In this document: one piece after another, positions 10,575 to 20,833 of the stretch | How the letters are laid out: each line of letters starts with the position of its first letter | Numbering within the stretch: position 1 is the stretch's first letter | Origin: Octopus sinensis | Lineage: Eukaryota | Direction of reading: 5' to 3' | DNA length: 35,931 bases | NCBI RefSeq assembly: GCF_006345805.1 | Contig: NW_021826238.1 | Span: forward strand, 1-35,931 | Position numbers and translations under genes: made by a program | The notes under the pieces: generated by a model | Databases searched by the model: none | Told to the model about the DNA's origin: nothing | The model's input: the letters and a program-made list of their open reading frames with translations, nothing else

Positions 10575-11013
10575 TACTCTTTACTCTTTACTCTTTACTC
10601 TCTTTTACTCTTTTACTTGTTTCAGTCATTTGACTGTGACCATGCTGGAGCACCGCCTTTAGTCGAGCAAATCGTCCCCGGGACTTATTCTTTGTAAGCC
10701 CAGTACTTATTCTATCGGTCTCTTTTGCCGAACCGCTAAGTTACGGGGACGTAAACACACCAGCATCGGTTGTCAAGCAATGCTAGGGGGACAAACACAG
10801 AAACACAAACATACACACACACACTTATATATATATATATATATATATACGACAGGCTTCTTTCAGTTTCCGCCTACTAAATCCACTCGCAAGGCTTTGG
10901 TTGGCCCGAGGCTATAGCAGAAGACACTTGCTCAAGATGCCACGCAGTGGGGCTGAACCCGGAACCATGTGGTTGGTTAGCAAGCTACTTACCACACAGC
11001 CACTCCTGCGCCT
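10575..11013 (-). mobile_element. SINE-A, full length
   Basis: Near-identical to 9097-9524. Confidence 0.95.
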
Positions 11014-11560
11014 GTAAAATAAGAAAGAAAGATGGAGGGATCACGATGAAACCTCGGTTACGTAACCACAAACGCTCCATCTTTTATCAGCTGAGCGCTG
11101 AAGTCAGTGCGTCCCACCTAAAGAAAGATTTGACGAAATTGTGGATAATTTTTTACTTCCTCTGATATGCAATGTATGATGCACAATGTATTGTATACAA
11201 GCAATGTTTGAATTATATATATATCATATATGATAGTACGTTGTAGTACGTGGAAATTACTGCATCTTTATACGGTAACTCATATATATTAACTACAGAA
11301 AATATATGGAATGAGCCTATATTGGATAAATTTTATATATTGTGATATATGTATATATGTATGTTTCAGCTAGCAGTCTTATATATATAGGAGATATAAT
11401 GTTACCTATAAGTGTAAGGAATGCACACTACATTTACAATTGAGAAAATATATCACAACTAGAATATGAATTTTTATGCAGACTGCATTTAGCTATACGT
11501 ATTTTGTGATGCCTAGGTGAAATATATATATATATATATTATATATATATATATATATAT

Positions 11561-11590
11561 TAGTTTCAGCTCAGAGCTGCGGCCATGCTG
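11561..11590 (-). mobile_element. 30-bp LINE/SINE 3' tail remnant inside (AT)n
   Basis: Minus strand cagcatggccgcagctctgagctgaaacta is the shared tail motif. Confidence 0.65.
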
Positions 11591-11604
11591 ATATATATAT
11601 ATAC

Positions 11605-11649
<45 letters not shown>

Positions 11650-11734
11650 AGATTCAGATGAATATGGCACTTAAGCTGAGGCACCAGAATTTAGTACGGT
11701 ATTATCCATACAATTTCAAAGTAATGTGATTAAA

Positions 11735-11970
11735 ATCAAAATAAGCAACAAGGATATCCAGAGGTAATGCAGTACGATCGTTTCATGCAACTCCATTTAA
11801 TTGAACAATGCATTCATTATATCAATTTAAAATGCAGGGCAATCTTGAGCTGCATAATGACATAGAAGTTAATTAAATTAGATCAGATGGACACTGCATT
11901 GTTGAATTAAATGGACTTGCATGAAACGATCGTAATGCTTTACCTCTGGATATTCTTGTAGCTTATTTTG

Positions 11971-11972
<2 letters not shown>
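11735..11972. mobile_element. MITE-like inverted repeat, 78-bp arms
   Basis: 11735-11812 vs the reverse complement of 11895-11972: 6 mismatches, no indel, 82-bp spacer. Confidence 0.85.
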
Positions 11973-12001
<29 letters not shown>

Positions 12002-12007
12002 TAATAT

Positions 12008-12063
<56 letters not shown>

Positions 12064-12464
12064 TATGTCAATGCATTTATGAAATACTACTCTGATTATT
12101 TCCTTTAAAATGCCGTCATTTTTATGGGTCCGTTAGACAAGTTGACATAATCATTTTTATTGATACTGTCTACCTTTATGTTAAGTTCATGAATATTCAT
12201 CAGATATTCAAATGAATTATCTATCAAATCGACACTTATCTGTTTCTCCAACTGCCTGCCTACCTGTCTGTCGATCAATCGATTGATCTGTCTAAATGCT
12301 TTGCCTTTAACTTAATTTAGAATTATATCTGTGTGCATATATGTGGTTTGTGTGTACGCGCTACTTCATACGTGAACACACTGAGAGGCATGCATACATA
12401 CTCATGTACATACATACATACATACATACATACATACATGCATGCATGCATACTTACATGCAAT

Positions 12465-12641
12465 GAGGTGCTGAAAAGTTCCTGGCTCTAAGGGTGTCGC
12501 TAAAGGTCTGGTTGGAGGCCCTACCTCCCAAGTCCTTTTACAGAGCTTAGAAAAACTGAAGGACCGCTGCAATTAGAATGTGAATCTGATCTTCCTGTAT
12601 TTTCTTTTACCCAAAGCCAGGTAATTTTCTGCACCTCCTCG
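12465..12641 (+). mobile_element. Mariner-derived MITE
   Basis: TIR gaggtgctgaaaagttcctggct vs reverse complement gaggtgcagaaaattacctggct. The interior reads SLEKLKDRCN*, like a mariner transposase C-terminus. Confidence 0.8.
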
Positions 12642-12668
12642 CATATATAAATATATATACATATATAT

Positions 12669-13109
12669 AGGCGCAGGAGTGGCTGTGTGGTAAGTAGATT
12701 GCTAACCAACCACATGGTTCAAGGTTCAGTCCCACTGCGCTGGCATCTTGGGCAAGTGTATTCTGCTATAGCCCCGGGCCGACCAATGCCTCGTGAGTGG
12801 ATTTGGTAGACGGAAACTGAAAGAAGCCTGTCGTGTATATGTATATATATATGTATATGTATGTATGTGTATGTGTTTGTGTGTCTGTGTTTGTACCCCT
12901 AGCATTGCTTGAAAACCGATGCTGGTGTGTTTACATCCCCGTTACTTAGCGGTTCGGCAAAAAGAGACCGATAGAATAAGTATTGGGCTTACAAAAGAAT
13001 AAGTCCCGGGGTCGAGTTGCTCGACTAAAAGCGGTGTTCCAGCATGGCCGCAGTCAAATGACTGAAACAAGTAAAAGAGTAAAAGAGTAAAGAGTAGAGA
13101 GTAGAGAGT
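12669..13109 (+). mobile_element. SINE-A, full length
   Basis: Reverse complement of 9097-9524. Confidence 0.95.
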
Positions 13110-13185
13110 ATATATGATGCTGAGGAGAGGTCAATAAATATTTAATTGTTGCTCCAGCACTTAAACGTGCAATATACACACATGA

Positions 13186-13647
13186 GTGTGTGTGTGTGTG
13201 TGTGTGCTTGGGTGTGTGCGTGTGTGTGTGCGTGTGTGCGTGCGTGTCTGCGTGTGTGCGTACGTGCGTGTGTGCGTGCGTGCATGTGTGCGTGTGTGTG
13301 TGCGTGCGTGCGTTTTTGCATGTGTGCGTGTGCGTGTGTGCGTGTGTGCATGTGCACGTGCGTGTATGTGCGTGTGTGCATGTGTGCGTACGTGCGTGTG
13401 TGTGCGCGCGTGTGTGTGCGTGTTTGTGCGTGTGTGCGTTTGTGTGTGTGTGCGTGCGTGTGTGCGTGTGTGCGTGCGCGTGTGTGGTGCGCGCGTGTTC
13501 GTGCGTGTGTGTTCGTGCGTGCGTGTGTTCGCATGTGTGTGCGTGTGTATACGTATGTGTGTACGTGTGTGTGTATGAGTGCGTGTGTGTGTGTAAGTGT
13601 ATGTGCGTGTGTGCGTGTGTGTGCGTGTGTGTGCGTGTGTGTGTGTG
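13186..13647. repeat. About 460-bp alternating (GT/GC)n tract
   Basis: Mostly alternating purine-pyrimidine with many CG steps; source of the long C/V/R and T/H ORFs. Confidence 0.95.
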
Positions 13648-14529
13648 ATTATGTATGTCCGTTCCAACTGTCGTATTAGTTACTGCTCACCAACAGCATG
13701 CTTTACTACATTTCAAATTTTTTTGTCTCACGCTCTTATCTAAAATAAACAAATAAAATAAATAAATAAATAAAAAATGGAATTTAAATAATAAAAAACA
13801 CAAAGCGAAGCAGATACGACCAAGAAAGAGAGGAGTTTGTTGTTATTCTCTTCTATTTCCGATATAAATTCGCCCAAAACAAACATGCAGGGCATTTATT
13901 TATATGGTCACAACATTAAGAGTCAAGGAAGGGAATAGGTGAGACTCCATGAAAACACTAAGGTTTCTAATCTGGATTTAACCCGCTTCTACGCGGTCAC
14001 CTCACGCCCTTAACATCTGTCTACTTAAGGGGAGAGCGAGAAAGAGAGAGAGAGAGAAAGTATGAAAATGAGAGAGAAAAAAATGAAGGAAGAAGAGATG
14101 AGAGTGGAAACGATGTTGTTAATGTCAAATCTTTTTGTGACCATTAGCAGTTTGAAACATATTTGCGTTTGTTCTCATGTCAGTGGCTGAGTGTATCAAG
14201 TGGGGAGGTGTAAGTAGGGACTGTAACAATAAGGGAATAAGGGACCTCAGTGTGTGGGAAAAACAATAGAGGCTGATAGGGTGTGTAAACATAAGTAAGA
14301 AAGTTGACCTGACGTGGTGAAACCACCTGAAAATTAATTGAAACTGCTTACTGCTCGGGGCGAAGTAACAACGGATGAGGGATATCATAAGCAAGGCCAT
14401 CACTCGCAAGCGAGTATAGTTTGGTAGCTTTCAGAATATGTTTTAGGTGTTTAAGTAGTCGCAGGGTGTAGGCATCTCGGCACGCTACACCTTTAATTAG
14501 TGGAACATATAAGCTGTGATAGGTACAAG

Positions 14530-14571
<42 letters not shown>

Positions 14572-14599
14572 GAGTAACTACACTCGGTTGTTACTCTTT

Positions 14600-14733
14600 C
14601 TCAGTTGAGTAGACTGGAGCAAAGGGAACTGTAGTGCCTTGCTTCAAATCACAGCACATTCTCCCGGTTCAAGAATCGGACCTATGACTGACCACATTAT
14701 CATTAACTCTATACCTGAACGACTAGACCACGC
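14600..14733 (-). mobile_element. Old copy of SINE head D
   Basis: cagttgagtagactggagcaa...gtgccttgct resembles the reverse complement of 3500-3590. Confidence 0.5.
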
Positions 14734-14785
14734 TCTTACACAATTGATAAAACTGGACCTTTTTGTTATATAGCAGGCGCTAATA

Positions 14786-15179
14786 CGACGAGCTGGCAGA
14801 GTCGTTAGCGAAATGCTTAGCGGTATTTCGTCTGTCGCTACGTTCTGAGTTCAAATTCCGCCGAGGTCGACTTTGCCTTTCATCCTTTCGGGGTCGATTA
14901 AATAAGTACCAGTTATGCACTGGGGGTCAATATAATCGACTTAATCCGTTTGTCTGTCCTTGTTTGTCCCCTCTGTGTTTAGTCCCTTGTGGGTAGTAAA
15001 GAAATGGGTATTTCATCTGCCGCTACGTTCTGATTTCAAATTCCGCCGATGTCGACTTTGCCTTTCATCTTTTTGGGATCGATAAATTAAATACCAGTCA
15101 AGTACTGGGGTCGATGTAATCAACTATCCCCCCCTCCCAAAAAAATTGTTGCCCTTGTGGCAAAATTTGAAACCATCAT
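14786..15179 (+). mobile_element. SINE family E, tandem dimer
   Basis: ggtatttcgtctgtcgctacgttctgagttcaaattccgccgaggtcgactttgcctttcatc occurs at about 14822 and again at about 15007, with different 3' ends. Confidence 0.85.
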
Positions 15180-15297
15180 ATAGTAGGTGCAAAATACCTA
15201 CAATAACCCAGGATTCACAGTTTGTGAGAGAACCAATCTATAGTTTAATGACTATGTAGGTAAGGGAAACGGACCTCAGAATATAATTCGAGGGGTT

Positions 15298-15433
15298 CTA
15301 TATTTAAGAGAAGAGAAATTATGTACATTATTTACATTATTTACATTCGACGGATAGTTGTCCTCATCTTGTTTGTTGTTAACACAACGTTTCGGCTTAT
15401 ATAACCTCCAGCCTTCATCAGGTGTCTTGGGGA
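15298..15433 (-). mobile_element. Short hammerhead-bearing Penelope-like terminal-repeat fragment
   Basis: Contains the hammerhead below. Homologous to 31005-31100 and 30790-30885. Flanked by the direct repeat aatataattcga(c)ggggtt. Confidence 0.65.
15381..15426 (-). ncRNA. Minimal type I hammerhead ribozyme, intact core
   Basis: Minus strand: gacac-CUGAUGA-A-GGCU-12 nt loop-AGCC-GAAAC-GUU-guguu. Stem I 5 bp, stem II 4 bp, palindromic AACGUU stem III. Confidence 0.75.
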
Positions 15434-15528
15434 AATATAATTCGACGGGGTTTTCGATGATTTTATGAATAGCAGAAGATTTTTCAGCTAGATATTTATT
15501 TTGACGTTATGCGTTTTCTAATCTTTAG

Positions 15529-15560
15529 GTTGTTGTCTGACGTAGAGGGATATACCATCG
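15529..15560 (+). CDS. Candidate 32-nt coding micro-exon (xLLSDVEGYTIx), host gene unknown
   Basis: Acceptor ttttctaatctttag, donor cg|gtaagc, unique non-repeat sequence, and only one of three frames open. Peptide not recognised. Confidence 0.35.
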
Positions 15561-15920
15561 GTAAGCATAAACTACAAGCACGGACACTGACATATACACA
15601 TAAACCAGGCTGAGGACGCCTATTGAAGCAGAAACAATTTCCCACAGTTCTCCTCTAGTATCCGGAAAAATAACATGTCACTGCCAAAGACATCTTGAAT
15701 CTTAGTGCTATACCGACTTCCCCTTTCGAATTCGTCGCCGTTTCCACCAAATCGTAAAAGAAAGTCTATATTTGTATGACTTAGTGGTCATCCCTCTTAT
15801 ATATACGTAATATAATTTTTCTGAATCTTCAATTTTTTCTATATGCTAGACCACTTTAAATTAATATTTACTTTTTTACCCTTATTATTTTAAATGTATA
15901 TATATATATATACATTTGCA

Positions 15921-16169
15921 TGTGTGAGTGTGTGTGTGTGTCTTTGATGTCTTTGTGTCAGTGTTCGGTCCCCACCCCATCACCGCTTAACAACCGCTGC
16001 TGGTGTGTTTACGGTCCCGTAACTTAGCGGTTCAGCAGGGTAGAGCGATAGAGTAAGTAGCAGTCTTTCAAAAATAATAATTACTGGGGCCGATACATTC
16101 GACTAAAATTTCAAGATGCTGTTCCAGTATGGCTGCATTTGAATGACTGAAACAAGTAAAAAGTACAAG

Positions 16170-16170
<1 letters not shown>
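15921..16170 (+). mobile_element. Old SINE-A 3' half
   Basis: caaccgctgctggtgtgtttacggtcccgtaacttagcggttc...atgactgaaacaagtaaaa. Confidence 0.8.
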
Positions 16171-16200
<30 letters not shown>

Positions 16201-16263
16201 TGTATGTATGTATGTATGTATGTATGTATATATGTATGTATGTATGGATGGATGGATGGATGT

Positions 16264-16560
16264 GATCATGTGACCGACCAGGTCATCAGATGTTGCTACA
16301 CATCACTGATGACAATGCGCTTCGCATTGTTTTAGCCTTCAATGACGCCACTCCGCTGGCTAAGCGAGCAGGCCAACAGAAGAAAGAGTGAGAGAAAATT
16401 GTGGTGAAAGAGTACAGCAGGGACCATCACCACCACCCCCTGCGGGAGCCTCGTGGAGCTTTAGGTGTTTTCGCTCAATAAACAATCACAACGCCCAGTC
16501 TGAGAATCGAAACCGCGATCCGACGACAGCGAGTCCGCTGTCCTAACCATTGCGCCTCCA
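16264..16560 (-). mobile_element. tRNA-headed SINE (head B + body Y)
   Basis: Colinear with 33339-33650; head shared with 852-1035. Confidence 0.85.
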
Positions 16561-17227
16561 CATGTATGTATGTATGTGTATATGTATGTATGTATGTATG
16601 TATAGATAACAAGCAAAACGTTGGCGTAATGGTATCACATCTATTTCTTTGTTCCAGCCGTTTGAACAGCATATGAGTTAAATAGATCCTTTAAAAGTTT
16701 GAAAACACAAATATAAGCGAAGATTATGTAATACCGATTGCGCGAATAGACATTGAAATCTGGGACATAATACAACAGTATAAGTAAGCTTTTAGCACGA
16801 ATCGAACTCACGTTTTAGAATAAGCGCCAAATTGCATTTGTCAAACTAAGCTTCTACTAACTCCCATCACTTTCTTGTTGCATGATTGATTATATTTATA
16901 ATTAAGCTAATAAATTAATATTCATAATTTTGAATGTTTAGTAATACAATATTCCAGTTGTGCAAAAGTGGCCCACCAGAGAATTAATTAACCACAAATA
17001 TTTATTTTGTTAATAAATTTTCTATTGGGGAAAAAAAAAGACGTAAACGAGTACGCACATATGTTCAGACAGGCACGCACCCACCCACCCACCCACATAC
17101 ACGAATACACACACACGCACATGCACACACACATAGACACGCATACGCCCACACATACATATAGTGCATGCACATTTAATGCAATCTTGTTTTAGTGCGA
17201 GACATTTGAGTGTATACGAGTGTATGC

Positions 17228-17249
<22 letters not shown>

Positions 17250-17264
<15 letters not shown>

Positions 17265-17761
17265 TGTAGTTGTGTGAGTGTCTGTCCCCTTCGATTTAGA
17301 TTCCTAACTACTCCCACATTTTGCGGTGCAGTTTAACCAAATTCGGGTATCTTATAGTCGTGATTCATATCGAGCCCGTCTGAGTATTAGCGCGCGTCTA
17401 CGATGAGTCTACGATTTTAAAAATAATTTAACATCATTTTTTATTCCATTTTAATGCATAATTTTTCGTGTGTCGATGGCGGCGGAGTTGGCGTCCATGG
17501 TCACACCTGCACCTGTTTGCTTCTCCCCCTTCTTCCCTCCCTCGTGAAGCTGTGGGGAAGGGAGTGTAAAGAAATCAACGTCGTAAAGCGTTGTCAAGGA
17601 GACCAGCGTTCTTTTAGAACAACGACTTCATGTCTTGAAGACACCAAAACAGAAATGGCTAAGAAAGCCCGAATTGGCATCTATACGGGAAGTAACTCTC
17701 TAACAATGCTTATATAGTTATTTCCCTTACAAACCCGAGTAACGCCGGGCGATACTGCTAG
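17250..17761 (+). mobile_element. Non-autonomous Helitron
   Basis: 3' hairpin cccgagtaacgccggg (17734-17749) then CTAG|T (17758-17761); the 5' end merges into (TA)n. Homologous to 18625-19009. Confidence 0.85.
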
Positions 17762-17829
17762 TATATATATATATATATATATGTGTGTGTACGGACGTAT
17801 GTATGCTTGTATCTATGTATGTATGCATG

Positions 17830-18110
17830 TAGGGTGCGGCGAATGTATTGTCGTCTAATTTACGCAAAAAAGAAAATAACAGATATATTCACCAAAATTA
17901 CATTAAAATATCTTGAAATAATACAGAATACATTTATTCGATAAAATCGCCATTGGCTTAAACCAGTGCCTCTAGGCAACTTTGGAATCTCCTGAAAATG
18001 TTCTAGACGGTCTCCTTGTTTAAGTTGGTGAATGCTGCCATAATCCTTGCCTTCAGTTAATCTGTGGTGTTACAAAGAGTTTTATCGATCTCTTTCATGA
18101 GCGTCCCGAG
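17830..18110 (-). pseudogene. Tc1/mariner-superfamily 3' fragment (maT/DD37D-like C-terminus and TIR)
   Basis: 17934-18095 minus strand reads KEIDKTLCNTTD*LKARIMAAFTNLNKETV*NIFRRFQSCLEALV*ANGDFIE*. Terminus tagggtgcggcg at 17830. Confidence 0.75.
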
Positions 18111-18176
18111 GATCACTAGACTCGACTAGTTTCGCTAGTCTCCACTGCTAGTGTATATATATTGCGCGCTTCTTAC

Positions 18177-18612
18177 GGCTGTGGTACGAAGTTTACTTCC
18201 TAAACACATGGATCTGCGTGGTGCCTTGAGTAAGTATCTCTTGTTGTAGTCTCAGGCCGACCAAAGCCTTCTGAGTAGATTTGGTTGATGGAAACTGACA
18301 GAAGCCCATCGTATATATGTATATATCTGAGTGTGTATGCGTGTGTATGTATGTGTGTGTTTGTGTGTGTGTGTGTATGTGTGTGTGTGTGTGCGTCTCA
18401 CTGTCTGTGTTTGTCACTCACCACCGATTGACAACCGTTGTTGGTGTGTTTATGTTCCGTAACTCAGCAGTTCGGCAAAAGTTACCGATAGACTAAGAAC
18501 CAGGTTTTAAAGCAAAAACGCCACTGGGGTCAATTCGCTCGGCAAAAATTCTCCAAGGCGGTGTCCCAGCATGGCCGCTGTCTCATGACTGAAACAAGTA
18601 AAAGATAAAAGA
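18177..18612 (+). mobile_element. Diverged SINE-A
   Basis: Colinear with 12669-13109, with a deletion in the head. Confidence 0.85.
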
Positions 18613-18624
18613 TATATATAAAAA

Positions 18625-19009
18625 CTAGCAGTATCGCCCGGCGTTGCTCGGGTTTGTAAGGGAAATAACTATATAAGTATTTTTAGAGAGTTATAGCCAA
18701 AAAATAGCAAAAAAATGCATTAAAAATGGAAAAAAAATTATGGTAAATTTTTTTTAAATCGTTGACTCATCGTAGATATTTTTACAGAGTTACTTCCTTT
18801 ATATAATAGCGAAAAAATGCATTAAAATGGAAAAAATTATGGTAAATTCTTTTTTAAATCGTAGACGCGCGCTAATACCCAGAAGGGCTCGATATGAATC
18901 ACGACTATAAGATACTCGGTTTTGGTTAAACTGCACCGCAAAATGTGGGAGTAGTTAGGAATCTAAATCGTAGGAGACAGACACACAACTTCACTTTTAT
19001 ATATAAAGA
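18625..19009 (-). mobile_element. Non-autonomous Helitron
   Basis: Minus strand A|TC...hairpin (18637-18652)...CTAG|T; internal about 100-bp tandem duplication. Confidence 0.9.
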
Positions 19010-19011
19010 TG

Positions 19012-19463
19012 TATTCTTTTATTCTTTTACTTGTTTCAGTTATTAGACTGGGGCCATACTGGGGCACACCTCCTCAGTTTAGTCGGTCAAAACGAATCAG
19101 GTCAACCGCAAACGATTTACTTTTTACTCTCGACCCCAGGACTTATTCTTTATAAGCCTAGTACTTATTCTATCGGTTTCTTTTGCCGAACCGCTAAATT
19201 ACGGGAACGTAAACATACTAGCATCGGTTGTCAAGCGATATTGGGGGGACAAACACAGACACACAAACATATACACACACATATACATATACATATATAC
19301 GACGGGCTTCTTTCAGTTTCCGTCTACCAAATCTACTCACATGGCATCGGTCAGCCCGAAGCTATAGTAGAAGACACTTGCTCGAGGTGCCAAGCTGTGG
19401 GACTGAAACCGGAACCATGTGGTTCATGAGCAAGCTACTTACCATACAGCCACTCATACGCCT
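19012..19463 (-). mobile_element. SINE-A with an about 40-bp extra segment near 19089-19128
   Basis: Colinear with 9097-9524 apart from the extra segment. Confidence 0.85.
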
Positions 19464-19539
19464 ATTTATAAATCTTTTTCTCTGTCGGCATCAATTAAAG
19501 ATTTGTTTTTTCTACAAATCAGCAAAATAATATGCATTT

Positions 19540-19583
<44 letters not shown>

Positions 19584-19656
19584 GTGTGTATTCGTATACG
19601 TGTATATGTATATATATATAATATATATATATATTATATATATATATAATATTATT

Positions 19657-19759
19657 ATATAAAAGGGCTTAGTAAAATAAATACTTTGCCGCATACTGAA
19701 CTCGTTAGAAATAGCAGCTAAAAAAACTTTTTATAAAACTATTTAAAGCCCTTTTATAT
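19657..19759. repeat. 14-bp perfect inverted repeat around 75 bp (mini-MITE-like)
   Basis: atataaaagggctt / aagcccttttatat. Confidence 0.55.
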
Positions 19760-19856
19760 AATGTAATAATTTGAATTTGCCTTAAATGGTCCCTTTGCAT
19801 ACTGAATACTTGGTGAAATTGATTAATTAATTAATTAATTTTACCCTCAATTGTTG

Positions 19857-19900
<44 letters not shown>

Positions 19901-20282
19901 CATTATTCATAGAAACATATACGTATATTTCTTTGTATATGTATTTACACACTTAAACACATAAATACATACACGCAGATATACATACTTATATGTTTGT
20001 GTTTTTGTATGTGTGTGTATGTGTATGAATGCATGTATACATGCATCTTTTTTGCCGTATATGTGTGTATGCGTATGTAAACGGATATATCGGGTTCCCA
20101 ACAATCGTCCATTTGAGAGGAAAACACGAAACACTGAAATATACATTATGATTTAATATAATCGTCCAAAGCTTCACAGAAAACGGTGCTGAAGCATGGT
20201 TGCAGTGGCAATGAGTCTGAATCATGCATACATACATACATACATACATATATATATGTGTGTGTATATATATATATATATA

Positions 20283-20722
20283 CTAGCAGCATAGCCCGGC
20301 GTTGCCCGGGTATGTAAGAGCCCCTAGTAGGCAACGACTAATCCCAATCTAGTCCTTTCCCTCTAGGGAACGAAGGCGCATGTGTAGGTTGCAATGTCTT
20401 CTCTTCACTCGAATACTTCTGTGTACACGATGTTCCTAGCTGTCCCTTTGGGCGATAAAATGGTCGAGTTGTGTCCCCTAGGCAGAAAATGTGTTGCATA
20501 TAAAAAGCTTAGATTCTCGACCCCTATGTCGAATTTATCGATTTTTTTCAGAACTGGGGGAACTTTTCAAAATTTTCGCTGCGTTAGTTTTGAATTATGA
20601 CATTGGGCAATGTGTGTGTCAAGTTTCATCAGAATCGGTTGAAAGCCGTGGTCAGGGTGAGGGTACGAGAAAACAGACACACAGAAAACGCACAGACAAA
20701 CTGCCGTTTATATATAGAGAGA
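20283..20722 (-). mobile_element. Non-autonomous Helitron, second subfamily
   Basis: A|TC 5' end, hairpin cccggcgttgcccggg (20295-20310) and CTAG|T. Interior unrelated to the other two. Confidence 0.85.
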
Positions 20723-20786
20723 TATATATATTCATGCATATATATGTATGCATATATACATACATATACATATAAATACACACACA

Positions 20787-20831
<45 letters not shown>

Positions 20832-20833
<2 letters not shown>

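Larger units (their letters stand above)
9055..11164 (-). mobile_element. Full-length dead mariner element interrupted by two SINE-A copies
   Basis: TIRs: cgagggtaagtaaaaaattatacgcaattt (9055-9084) vs the reverse complement of 11136-11164, cagaggaagtaaaaaattatccacaattt. About 1.24 kb remains after removing the SINEs. Confidence 0.8.

Noticed and set aside
12273-12288. 16-bp palindrome gatcaatcgattgatc
   Set aside because: Expected by chance at this length in 36 kb.
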